The translations under genes were made by a program, and so were the position numbers. Below are positions 1 to 11,681 of a stretch of DNA of 64,000 bases, in pieces; the stretch's first letter is position 1; every line of letters begins with the position of its first letter. The notes beneath the pieces are model-generated. The model was given only the letters and a program-made list of their open reading frames with translations, did no database searches and was not told where the DNA came from. Origin of the DNA: Amoebophrya sp. A120 (lineage: Eukaryota; Protista; Dinoflagellata); contig CAJINV010000003.1 of NCBI GenBank assembly GCA_905178155.1, positions 10,501,604 through 10,565,603 on the forward strand, in the 5' to 3' direction.

Positions 1-220
1 ATATAATTTTCTGTTTTTAGCTTCAACTTCAGAGATGTGATCGAAGTTCCCACTGTTTGGGTTGTTCGCTGAAATGAAATGGCAGAAGTCGAAAAGACTA
101 AGTTTTTTTCTGATAGCAGAGCTGCAGTTGTTTTTACCAAGTAGTTGTTTGTCTTTGTTGTATGAGCAAGACCTACAAATAAAAGAGTACGACATGTAGA
201 GGAGCACTCACCAGCCACCA

Positions 221-494
221 ATCAGCCCATCAACCTCCGCTGTCATTGAATCAGCTCTACTACACAGAAAAGTGTTGATACCGGGGTGTGAGAACAGAGA
301 TAATTATTTTTTTCAAGGTAAAAACTGTTTTCGCCATCGCAGCATCGATTCTTGTTTTCGGAAACGAGGTGAAGATGGAACAGTGGCTCGGAGCTGCGAT
401 TTGTATTTCCGGAGTGCTCCTGTGGCAGAGGAAGGGAAAGCAGATAAACAATATGAGAGCTGACGGCCTGGAAACGTCCAAGAAGGCAAGCTAG
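221..494 (+). CDS. 3' exons of a triose-phosphate/nucleotide-sugar transporter family (TPT/SLC35-like) protein, 5' partial
   Basis: Joining 221-253 to 318-494 across a GC-AG intron (254-317) gives ISPSTSAVIES-VKTVFAIAASILVFGNEVKMEQWLGAAICISGVLLWQRK. This matches the last two TM helices of TPT-family transporters (SPxTxxVxxxxKxV...S.L.F...G..I...G.LL). Confidence 0.7.
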
Positions 495-1869
495 CGAACA
501 GGCGTGGGCTCAGATGAAGACAAGCAGAAAATCTTGTACTGCCACACGAACAAGTAGAGCAGCGTGGTCCCATCCGACCACATGACGCATCATGCAAGCG
601 CAATACATGGTCCAGTTCCGCAGCTCATCAAGGAAAGTGGGCACAAGCGCCAAGAACTACATTGCTAGTGGATTCCTGGCTAAAAATTGCATTTTCAGTG
701 TTGGTGTTCCCTTCCCAGTTCCATTAGTTAATAAAAGATGTTTAAGTTTTTTTTTGCAAGGGTGGTGCATTTTTTGCCATCTTCTTATTCTGCTGTTCAT
801 TGGTCTTCGTTATCATCGGATACTAGCCGAAGATTCCTGGCGTCGAATATGTGTGTTGCGAATTATGCGCACTCGGACTCTCTTGGTCTTCTTGTAAGTT
901 TGCAACTGGAATACTTCGCATTCTTCAATTATATAAGATATATGAGCTGCATCACTTTAACTGCTAGTGGACTTGAGAACACTCGCACACACTTGCACGC
1001 GTTTGCCCCACGGAGCTCCTTGCCAACGTCTACACTTCTCTCCATTGCAAGCAAGCAAGCAAGTGGCGCAAGCCTTTCGCTGCGTTGATGCATCCTGTAG
1101 GTTCAGCCCATTCAGATGCAGCAAGATTCTCTTCCCATTCTCCCCAGATTTCAACACATTCCAGGGACTAGATCCGCGGCGTAGTAGTTAGCTAGCTCAG
1201 TCAGGATCTTTGGCCTGCGCCTGGGTAAAGATTTTACTAACTTAGGACGGCGGGCCTAGATAGAGTTTTGACCAAGGGGCGAAGTCCCAGAGAAAGGGTT
1301 GGCCCGGGCTTGGTACAGGTCGGAAGACCTACCCAAAGCACGGACAACCTGGAGAACCACTTGAGAGGAGGACCACATCACCAGCGGCAGAGCCTTGGTC
1401 AGGATTTTACTTAGGACGGCGGTCCAAGGTAAAACCTTCGCCAGGGATCTATCAAGTGGGAGGCTCGAACGTGATCGAGCTACAGAGCTGCACGAGACCC
1501 ATCATTCTGCCAGAGCCTTCAGCCATTTCGTCATGGGTCAGGCTTCATATGGGGCGATCGTGTTACGTTTGTGCGGGATCGATTTACTCCATGGCGGGCG
1601 TTAGCTCTTCCGTGGAATAGGAGAGCCCAGAAATTCAAACTGTGGAGCTATTCGCTTTCCTTAGATGTCTTCGAAACCGAAAGGAAGAGGAACACGCTGA
1701 GCCGATGAAGAAGATCGGAAACGGAACCCGACCGGCGACCGCAGTAGTCCTTGCAGCATCAGTTGAAGACTGCAAATTGGCGGTCAACTTCAACACACTG
1801 ATATCTACGAGCTCGTAATATGTAATCATATATATAGGGAACTACCTTGACTTGACTTGAAGATGGTAC

Positions 1870-2290
1870 GCCCGGCCGCGCAAGTTCCGCACTTCTGATG
1901 GTGCAGCACAAGCACTGCCGCCAGTTCCGCACTTCTGATGGTGCGCGTCTGGTGTAGCAGCACAGTGCAGCAAGGACTTATGTTCTTAATTCTTATACTC
2001 CTAACGGTGATTGCAGCACCAGGAGCCCGAGCCAGACAGAAGGTACTGAAACCCGGCAACGAGCCCTCTCTCACTCCGGGGAGGTGCGAGCCACCTCGTG
2101 ACAGCCACAAGCGGCGCCACCTAAATGCGGGGACTATCTATTAGACGGACTACCGCCAAAGGCCACGAAAGCTTGTTTAGAAGCCGAGCACGAGATGCGT
2201 TCTACCGCCTGGATTAGCAGACCAGACTCTAGGGGACTTAATGAAAGGCGTGCCGGATCAACTTCCGCAGACAAGCCTTCGGGCCTGTTG
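1870..2290 (-). mobile_element. Diverged copy of SINE-like repeat family (same family as 50690-52035 and 53244-53683)
   Basis: The reverse complement carries the same ordered motifs: GGTCTGCTAATCC, GTAGTCCG.CTAATA, GGGCTCCTGGTGCTGCAATCACC, AACATAAGTCC and two GCACCATCAGAAGTGCGG. Confidence 0.8.
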
Positions 2291-2548
2291 ATCGCATAAG
2301 CTAAATTGTTAGAACTAATTTTTTTCCTTCATCCGGGTAGAGCAATCACTTCGCCGGAACCTCCGCACGGCCGCGCCAAAAACTCCACAGTGGTGCTGAT
2401 GAACAAGCGCGACACCACCTCCACGGCACTGTCGCGTCCGCCCCCCCCCCTGACAAACCCGCTGGCTAGGCGGAAAAAACAAAGCCCCTGCGAGTTCGCG
2501 GGATCCGCAGACTAGCGCTACAAAGGCTACAGCAGTAAGACAACAGGA

Positions 2549-2737
2549 ACAGACTTAGAGGACGAAAGAAGAAAAGTAAAAGGGTAGAGACCTAAACCTA
2601 CGGGGGCGCATGCCAAAGAGGGCAAAGGGAAGGGCAGAAGGAAGACATCAGACTTAGACGAAAAAAGCAAGATAAAAGGGTAGACTCTCAATCCTACAGA
2701 GGCGTATGCAAGAGGGGGCAGAGGGAAGATCAGACTT
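2549..2737. repeat. Imperfect ~100-bp tandem duplication
   Basis: CAGACTTAGA..GA....AAAAGGGTAGA..CT.AA.CCTAC.G.GGCG.ATGC.A.AG.GGGCA.AGGGAAG occurs twice. Confidence 0.7.
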
Positions 2738-3516
2738 CGGCAACGGAATGAGAGTATATATGTTGAAAAAGGGTCCCTATATTGTATGAAACGATTAAAA
2801 GAAGCCTGCCATACGCGTCATCTTCGTAAAGTTTTCGTCGTCGTTGTCCTTTAGATTTAGTGAGTGCGACGCGTCTTCGTGGAAATTCGATCACCTCCAC
2901 GGAGCCCCTTTCGTTTTCACGTCTGGAATCGTGGTTGTTCCACGAAATGTTTCGTGTCTCCGATGCAGTGTCTTGGTGTCAGACGAATGATTCTGTGACT
3001 GTGCAGTGCGTCTGTGCGAGGAAACCGGAGGAGGTCAGGATTTTGCACGACGAAATTACTCTGACCTTATCGAGACTTAGACAAGAGCCGTGGTCACCAT
3101 CCTCAAGAACGAGGACTACCGCTACCCTGGAAGATGAAGGTGCCGCATTTGATGTCAGTCCAGTATCGACGTCGAAGCTCGTATTTCGTCTTTGGCGGGC
3201 AGTACGTACTGCCTCGTCATTTCACACAATGACCACAACGTCTCACTGTTTTCCCCACACTGTCGATGACGAGGGAGATATTGCAACATCTACTACTAGT
3301 AGATCATGTTCGTCAATATTCCCCGTCGCCGTCTCCCGCCCAGCGCTAGCGGATGGGACGAGCAGAAAAGCTGGGAACATGAGTGCTGGTGTCCACGTTG
3401 TAGAAGAAGGGCCGCAGCTTTCGAATGTTGCTTCGGTTGACCCTGGTGTTGTTGCAGCTGTATTTCGTCCAGAAGAGGGCGGCGAGCAGGAACAGCAGGT
3501 GGTTCTACTTCTCGAA

Positions 3517-4313
3517 GTACGAGGCGAAAAATCCGCCCCAGCCCAATTTTCAAAATTTGGCTTGGCCGGTTGCGGTGCTCGGTTGCAGTGGGTGTCGTAG
3601 TTTTCCAGTTGGGCACAGACTCCAGCCTGGGTGTCTTGGGCGGGCCGTGCTTCACCAAGCTAGGGCACCCACAATGTCAATGGAAAGGCTGACGACCTGC
3701 GCCACAAATAGGTGGCGCGGGAATGCGCGAGAAAAAAATAAAGGCGCTGGGGTTGGCAAGGGAAAATGTATATCTCTTGCTTTGATGCGTTTTGGCATTT
3801 CCGACGCGAAAAAGTTCTCCTTTCTCTGGCATTTTTTGGGCCGCCCATAGCATTTGGCCCAGCCGGTTCGCCGGGTGGACTTCAGGCCTTGGGCAAGAAA
3901 TTATACCTTCCGGACTCCGGTCGTGTTTGGCGTCATTATAATTTCTTGCCCAAGGCGTGCAGTCCAGTCGGTGAAACGGCTTGGGCAAGAAATTATAGTT
4001 AGCCAAATGCGGTTGTCCCACAAGGGCTAACGTTTGGCCTCCAGCTGTGAAGCAGTTCCCGAGAATAGCCGGGAGCTGGGGAGGTGGCGGGGTGCCTGCG
4101 TTTGGTTTTGAACGTGTGCCGGGTCTTTTGGTGCGTTGCTGGGCGGAAAATCCGGCAGCCCGTTGGCAGACGACACGCAATAGCAGGCTCTTTGTGGTTT
4201 GATCAACATCGCCGGACTTAGCAGCGTCAATGGCCGATGACTCGACGCGGCTGAAACAGCTGGCAGAGTCAAGTTTTGAAAATTGGGCTGGGGCGGATTT
4301 TTCCGCTTCGTAC
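3517..4313. mobile_element. TIR element (MITE/introner-like) with ~55-bp TIRs and 3-bp target duplication GAA
   Basis: Left end GTACGAGGCGAAAAATCCGCCCCAGCCCAATTTTCAAAATTTG; reverse complement of the right end GTACGAAGCGGAAAAATCCGCCCCAGCCCAATTTTCAAAACTTG. GAA flanks both sides. The internal motif CTTGGGCAAGAAATTATA occurs three times in alternating orientation. Confidence 0.85.
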
Positions 4314-4467
4314 GAATTAGCGAAGAGGGTACGCTATCCAACAACTCGCCCCGCCCCCCCCCGCCCCCTCATCTGTCTCGCGATATAGTACCACGTCCGC
4401 CCACCTCTTGCTTTGCCTTTATTATCTATATCTCATGACTTGCAACCCCTAAAGCAAAACGACATCG

Positions 4468-4985
4468 GAAACTCGCCTCGTTCCGGAACGAGGCGCGCAG
4501 AGTCCGGATTTTTTCAAAAAGTGCGAACGCATTGAGTTTTCGTGTGGGCTCTCGTTTCGGAACGGGAAACGCAGTGAGAATTCACTGAATTGCCACTCCA
4601 GGACTTTCCAAAAAGTGAGAACGCAGCGAATTCTCGCTCGGTTTCTCGTTCCGGCACGAGAAATGGATTGAAAATTCAGTGAGTTTTCACTTTTTGAAGA
4701 ATCCCACTAACGAGGCCTCGTTCCGGAACTCAAAATCGAGTGAAAATTCAGTGGATTTTCACTTTTTGAAAAAAATCACTTTTGGGTCACGAATTTTCTG
4801 GGAGAGAGACTTGAGCTCCCAGAGTGAAAATTTTCCGGAAGTGAAAACTCACTGAATCAATTTTCACTCGATTTTGAGTTCCGGAACGAACTGGGCCTCG
4901 TTCCGGAACGAGGCCCAGTTCCGGAACTCAAAATCGAGTGAAAATTCAGTGAGTTTTCATTTTTTGAACAAAATCACTTTTGGAA
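4468..4985. repeat. Palindromic complex repeat array
   Basis: Recurrent CTCGTTCCGGAAC and GAAAATTCAGTGAGTTTTCAC units. The perfect palindrome GCCTCGTTCCGGAACGAGGC occurs twice, and there is a ~110-bp imperfect palindrome at ~4843-4957. Confidence 0.8.
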
Positions 4986-7489
4986 CATGCATGTTCCTGG
5001 AGAGAACGCTGACCCTTTGCAGCACACATGGCAGAAATAGGGCGAGGGCTACCGATTCAAATTGCAGGACCTTCCGTAAGCGTGTTGCGTTGTCGCTAGT
5101 AGCGCTTGCTGGGTCGCGAAAATTTTTTTACGAGCCTTCTCGTTGCATCGCGCTATTGCCCGCGCCACATCGCCGAGAGGAACGCTCTGCCGCACTGCCT
5201 GCAAGATGCCTGTGGTGTCGTTCGTAAGGCGCGCCTAATTTATTTTGTGGCTCGCAACATCGCCCGACGTTTTGGCTTCAGTATGTTCAAAACGCTCGAA
5301 GTTGTAGCATTTGGGCTCTCGTTCCCCAACGAGGGGAGTTTCCGACGCGAAAGAGGGGGTCTTTGCAAGTCGTGCTATATCTTGGAACAGCTAGCTAGTG
5401 TTCGACTCACCACAGCTCTCGGAAACCACACGCCCCCGCTGTGCGCGACATTTTAGTCTTTTATATTTTAATTTTTTTCTAAAAGCGAGCACTTGCATTT
5501 CGAAGGAGGGTGGGCAGCAGGAGGGGTTGGTGTTGGGTTGTGCACTCTCATAGGAAACCGAGGGCGAGTGGTGGCGGTATCTTACAGTAGACGTATCCGA
5601 CCGAAAGAGCGCCCCCCCGCAATACCAATGCATAGTAATAGAAAGCATAAGCATAACTACACTGCGAGTCGGAGACCTATTTTTTAGTGTTGGTCACTAA
5701 GAAATAGAACCGCATCAAAGGCGTTTTCTTATGGTGCAAGGGCAACGCAGACGAGCCTTCACCTTCTGCAAATAAAATTATGTTCGAATTCGAAATGAAG
5801 ACCGGCGCACATGGTGAAGAAGTAGAATATTTGTCATGCTCCTGAACTCTGCGAGTGCGACTGCGAAAGACAAAAAGATCTTCGAAAATGTGGGACACAA
5901 ATTGAAATTCAAACTCTCTGGAATTCAGATTATCTGGATCGGGTGTGCCTTTCTAGTGGACAAGACGAGATCGGCGAAGAAGCGTTGACAGATGCGGAAA
6001 AGATGCGAGACGAAGCTTCAAATAGCATGGTCACGAACGTGGGCAAAATTGGTGAGCAGAACGCATTTCGGGGCAGTTATTTCGGAAAAAGCGCGTTCTC
6101 TTGGTGAAGCTCGGGCTACTTCTTCAAATAATGTGTATGTGAACATAAAGTGAAGCAGGAAAAACAAAAGAAACGAATGCTGGAGATGAAATTGAAAGCG
6201 TCGCTCTAGCTCCGGGTCCGGTTCCGGCCTGCGTAAGTAGCCGGAGGACCGTGAAAACTTGAATGAAACTAAAGCCATGTAGTTGATGCGCTGCGAAAAG
6301 AATCGCCACCAGACACCCGATCTTGCTGAGTCTTCTTGCTTCCTCATGTATATGATTTGGCGTCCAGTGGATTGATTCTCATTCTACTAGCTGTGTGGTT
6401 CTGCGGCCGCCTCTAGAACAAGCGAAGAGCATCTTATGCTCTTCGCATAAGCCGAGAAGAGTCCAGCCTTTTTTTTGCGTGTTCGGGTGGGGTCGAGATT
6501 TTGATAATAGAGCTGGACTTTTCTCCCCTAATCAATCAATCTTGAAGCGTCCGCCAGGTTTTAAGGGTGCGATTCAGTTAAGCAGTGTTTTAGTCGTGTT
6601 TCAGAGTATAAGCCAGCAGCTCGAAGCTCTGGTAGGCTTGTTTCCAAATGCTTATACGTTTTTCGCTCCACCTTCCGTGCCTGTACTCGTACTTGCCACG
6701 AAAGTCAGCCGCACTTTATCTTCTATCTCTATGTATTCTCCTTATCATTATGGTAAAGGTGTAGATTGGGTGAGTGGGTACCTGAACCTGATCTAAGCTC
6801 GTACCTATCGTTATCGGCCAACGCGCTCTGCATTTCGCGTGTCGTTCGGGGGTCTGGGCAGTCGGTTGCAACGGGAATATCCAGGGGAACGGTTCGTCGG
6901 GCTCGGGATTTGTTTGCAGTTCGTTGATAATCATAATGATAATGATATTAAGGAGACCAAATCGGTTGGCTCATTGTTATTTCGTGCCGATGTCTGCCGT
7001 TGTACATGCAGGTGTGTGGTCGGTATTGTGCATGTGCTGTGGCGGGGTCCGCTTTGGGGTCTGAGGTGGAACGCCACATGATCGTGATCCAGTGATCCTC
7101 TTCATGTTTAGCATCAAGAGTGCGAAGGAGCAGTTTTTTTGTTTCGTTTGCGCACTTTCTATACATCTCTTCCATCTCATTGATCGCATTTGTGTACTTC
7201 GCGTTTGATGTGTGTGATTGCGAAGTAATCATAGTAGTAACTACAACTAGCAGCGCCAGCTTCGCCTGGAAGTAGGCTTAAGTATTAGAAGAAGAAGTGC
7301 AACTGGCATCAAGCGGCATGATCTAGATAAAACAAATCAAAAAGAAAAAAAGCGCCGGCCCCAAAAAAAAGCGCCATCACGCCCAATGTGGTTCGTTGTC
7401 GCGGCTCCGGCGCGCCCTGATTGGTCGCTCCATTTCCGGCGCGCCCAATCTGGTCAACCCGGCCCCGAAGGTGCGTGGACGTGTCTCGA

Positions 7490-7970
7490 TGCCGTCGGGC
7501 AACTTCTGGGCCGTCAGACGACTTTTGGCTGTCCGACGGCCGTCGGACACCTTCTGACCCGTCGAGCGACTTTTGGTTGTCCGGCGGCCGTCGGATGACT
7601 TTTGGGTGTCCGACGGCCGTCGGGCAACTTCTGAGCCGTCGGACGACTTTTGGCTGTCCGACGGTCGTCGGGTGACTTTCGGTTGTGCGACGGCCGTTGG
7701 GCAACTTCTGAGCCGTCGGAGTCGGGTGACTTCTGGCTGTCCGACGGCCGTCGGACGACTTTTGGCTGTCCAACGGCCGTCGGACGGCTTTCGGTTGTCC
7801 GACGGCCGCCGGACAACTTCTGGGCCGCCGGACGACTTTTGGCTGTCCGACGGCCGTCGGACGATTTCTGAGCCGCCGGACCGACGACTTTTGGCTGTCC
7901 GACGGCCGTCGTACTCGTACAACTTCTAACCCGTGGGACGACTTTTGGTTGTCCGACGGTCGTCGGGTGA
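7490..7970. repeat. Minisatellite of ~29/21-bp units built on the palindrome CCGACGGCCGTCGG
   Basis: Repeated GACGACTTTTGGCTGTCCGACGGCCGTCGG and GCAACTTCTGAGCCGTCGG units. Confidence 0.9.
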
Positions 7971-8014
7971 TGGATTGGACAAGATGAGTAGCAGCAGCGC
8001 GGGCCGTTGCGGCC

Positions 8015-8210
8015 AATTCGAACTTATGTCTCAAACTCGAGCTCGAGCCCGTATTTCGAACTCGAGCGCTCTCTCAAACTCAAACTCGAGCATGTATCTC
8101 AAAATCGAACTTGTATCTGAAGCTCAAACTCGACCTTGTCTCTCCAGCTCCTTGTGTCTCAAACTCGACCTTGGTTTTGAAACTCAAGCTCGAGCTCGAT
8201 TCTGAAACTT
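8015..8210. repeat. Degenerate AAACTCGAGCTCGA / TCTCAAACTCG short repeat array
   Basis: Multiple AAACTCGA and GAGCTCGAG units. Confidence 0.65.
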
Positions 8211-8332
8211 AGACTCAATGTTAGAACTCTATCTCTAACTGGCATTTTAATCCATGGTAGTTATCTTCTATACAAGGACAAAACTACTGTACTTGGCTAT
8301 CTTTTCTTGTATACGCAATATTCAATCTCAAC

Positions 8333-11300
8333 ATGGCACCAAGACGAAGTAAAGAACATGGCTTCGTCGGACAAAAGGATTCCGAGTCAACAAGAAGCTC
8401 TTCAGCCGCTTGCGCCACTGCTATCACTGCGCCAGGCGACACAGTTCTGGTCTACAAGGACGCTGCACGAGTGCCGCTGAGCTTTCTTGCGCAGCGCTTG
8501 GGGACGAGACACGACGATGCCCAAGCCACAGCCTTTGCGCACCTGTCAGAAATTCTTGATGCGTTCTTCACTACAAGAGAGGGACACTGCCCCGCTTTCT
8601 TGCTGGTGTCGCTGCGATTACTGGAAGAAAAAACGCGGACGACCCTGAAAGGCGTGAGGCTCTCGACCACGTCGATCAGTTTTGAACACCCACACGCTGA
8701 CGTAAAACAGTTTCGATGCTGGGTATCCTGTGCAAGAGTATCTTCGCACTTGACGTACAAATTGCTTTTGCTGCAGTACTGCATCATGACAAAAATTAAA
8801 ATTTCCTTTCACTTTATAGTTTTAGTCGAGTCAGCATTACTTTTACTACATATGATCTTTGTCCTGGAAATTTGCGAGTTCTACCAGTCAGTGCGATACT
8901 TTTGCAATGCATACTGGGACCGTCTGAACAAGTTGGGAGATCATGGTAGCGTTAAATAATTACTCATCGAATAATTGTCTTTATCATGTCGCATAGGACT
9001 AGTCGATTCTGATTGTTCAAACCCGTCTTTATAGAGTTCTTGTTAGTAGGCTACGGCTACCTAGGTCTTGACTCAAATCAAGAGATATTAATATCCACTT
9101 CGCCTTCCTCCACTTCATATGTGGATGCGCATGTGGCTGCCAACTCCCATGCCAGCAGTGCAGTTGGGATTGAAAAGTGCTACCAAAAGCAGGAAATTGT
9201 GTCTGCGGCTGAAAAATTCAAAAGCTCACCCTTGCGGCGGCGCGAGGCCGCCGGTATTTCTGCCATTGGAAGCGAGACTGTTTCCCGAAATGTTGCGGAG
9301 TTGCGGCTTCCCCTGTTGAAGCAGGACACTTCGTCATCGCGGGGGGGTGGCTAAGGGTATTGAGGGCCTAAGTGAAAGAGAACAACAGAGATTTCCAGAC
9401 ATTCGCTGCCATAATCGGCTCTGTCGATTGGCTGGCGCCTTTAAGGTGGAATCTAATATAATATATGTAACTCTCTTGCGTTTCTCATTCTTTGCTACCT
9501 TTCATCTCTGGACCCCTGAAGCAAGTCAAAAAGGGCAGCCCCGGACTCCGGGCCGGGCCTTCCCGTCTACGGCCAGGGGGGTCACAGAGTTGGGCAATTG
9601 GGGGAGGGTTCAGAAAAATTTCCGCAGAGGCCCAAACCCGATTGGTACTGCGGAAATTTGTCTGCGGTTCCAGCAGGGGGGGGTCCTGACCGACCCCGCT
9701 CTGGTGGGCGGGGGTGCAGACAAATTTCCGCAGAACAGTCGACTTACCGTGGTCAGCCGGAATTCTCAGCACTAAGAGGTCAGAGCAGCTGGAACAGCCG
9801 AGGTTTGGAGGGCCGGGCCTCCCGGGGCAGGAAAGTAGATGAAATGCGAGAAGCGGACCATGGCCAGCTCCCGCGGACGAGTTGCTTTCCGCGGGTGGGT
9901 CCCCTGCTCAGCCCCACCGCAACCTCCGAGGCCGCCTGGATTTGGACAACCCAAATTGTTTTGCCGTTACGCCCAAAAACAAAATTCTTGAACTTTTCAG
10001 CCGCGGACAAAACTCACGCTGGTAAAGTCGTTCACCTAATGAAAATGATCAAGCTTTAATCTATCTTTCCCTCGTCCACCCTTTGTCAGTCTTTTCAACA
10101 AGAACTGTGGGACATTGAATTAGTGACTAAGTACTTTTGTTCTTCAGGCGGAATTCTGTCGCTTGAGAGCGAGTGCCTGGCGCTGGCCCGTGCATTGGAA
10201 TTTTGCGGTATCAGTCTCGTCGAGGTCAAGGCAGTATTGGATATCGTCGCCGATCTTCTCGGGGAAGAGCAGCTGACAGGTAAGTTATATAGGTGCATCA
10301 TGCTTCCTCTTATGGTTATGAAAGAATGACAGGAGTTCGAGGCCATGAATATCGCACAAAATTGAAATAAAAGTTACGATCACATCGAATCACCAGATCA
10401 ATCTAGTTGTAGCACTTAGTTAGAAGTTCGACTTCTATGAAGAAGAAAAAATAAAATTAGTTTGTGCGGCTCGCGACCAGCACGATGTACAGGTGCTGCA
10501 ACGTTTAGTGAATGGACGCAGCAACACCCAGTGCCACTGATCTTTGGCATAGGCAGACCAATGCAAAGGCACTAGTACTTGCCGAACAATCTGAAGTCAA
10601 TTGATTAGCTGCATGAGCATGATGGAAGATGAAGAACCCTCAGCGTTGACACAAATATTAATGACGATGGGACATTTCAAATATCGTGAAATCGGAGCTA
10701 ATGCTAATATGATGTGTAAATACTTAAGCGCAACATCAAGATCAAGTTCTTCAATTTTAATAATGAGCAAAAAGAAAAAGCCTTATACAGAAAAACAAGA
10801 AATAAAGAAGAATCTGAAGGCGACTAAAAAGATTTGACAAAAGGGTGCTATTTGCTAACGTATAATTTAAAACGGTACTAGAATGGATGACTGAAAGCAA
10901 CAAACTTAAACTGCAGGATCGTCGCTGGCGGATCGGTTGCAACTTCCCGCACGGACAGTAGCAGACTTCGTCAGTAGTAAAGACAGAAGGATGCTGTTTG
11001 CGAAACTGCTTTACGACGGGCTAGTGCGTTGCATCGTCAGCGCGTTGAACGACGAACTGAAGTGCAGTCTTGCGTCGAAGGAGCAGGAATATGCAACCGG
11101 GCATGGCCATGGCGGCCGAAACTCGGCTGTCTATTCGACTAAATGTGTCCACCTCGTACAACTCGCATCGGAGTTCGGTAACGAACGCAAAGTGTCATCC
11201 TCATCGTCGTCCGATTCAATCCAGGGAGCGTCTTCGTGGGAGAGTTTCCAAAGTCTGTGGATGCAGTCGGCGCTCTTGAGCCGTGCGAGGACGAGCAATG

Positions 11301-11434
11301 ATCATGATCATCAACATGAACATTATTTGCCCACTGCTGTCGTATCAACTAGGAAAGTGTTCTTCGGCTTTGGAAGAATTTGCCATGCACCTCTTTTTTT
11401 CCGTGTGTTGCGTCATGTGTGTCCATGCAGATGA
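8333..11434 (+). CDS. Multi-exon, highly divergent myosin-motor-like protein (3' boundary uncertain; may continue into the 11682 ORF)
   Basis: Predicted exons 8333-8722, 8918-8945, 9050-~9345, 10148-10279 and 10917-~11300. Motifs occur in myosin order: LSEILDAF, RLLEEKTR, YGYL, ARALEFCGISLVEVKAVLDIVADLL, RRMLFAKLLYDGLVRCIVSALNDELK (cf. RDALAKALYxRLFxWLVxxINxxL) and SWESF. No GESGAGKT P-loop is seen. Confidence 0.45.
8723..8914 (+). mobile_element. Introner, family B; non-canonical in-frame intron
   Basis: TGG[GTAT...ATAC]TGG. Subterminal IR TGCAAGAGTATC..CGCACT vs AGTGCGATACTTTTGCA. Shares the 19-mer AGTGCGATACTTTTGCAAT with the intron at 61400-61600. Confidence 0.8.
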
Positions 11435-11681
11435 CAAGGTGTGGAATATAGGACATGGCATTGCTGGTCATCATAAAAATTTTCATACGCTATTTATCAT
11501 GTCTATGAAGGCTCATGCATGATATTCGGTTTCGGAGCTGTCATGATCTCAACTTGACCTAAACCACGAGGAGTGGACAAGTTCGTTGCGGTGGTCGTGC
11601 ACAAGGACACATTTTTGTACGTGTGTGATTGACCTCCCACAGAGAAAATGACACCAGGTTGCGCCTGCACACGAAGTTAGT

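Noticed and set aside
2860-3600. 246-codon ORF as a gene
   Set aside because: It has no recognisable domain, runs into a TIR element, and starts at a non-ATG codon.
7309-8034. Long overlapping ORFs on both strands, and a CRISPR-like look
   Set aside because: The ORFs are products of a tandem palindromic minisatellite. There are no unique spacers and no cas genes, and the context is eukaryotic.
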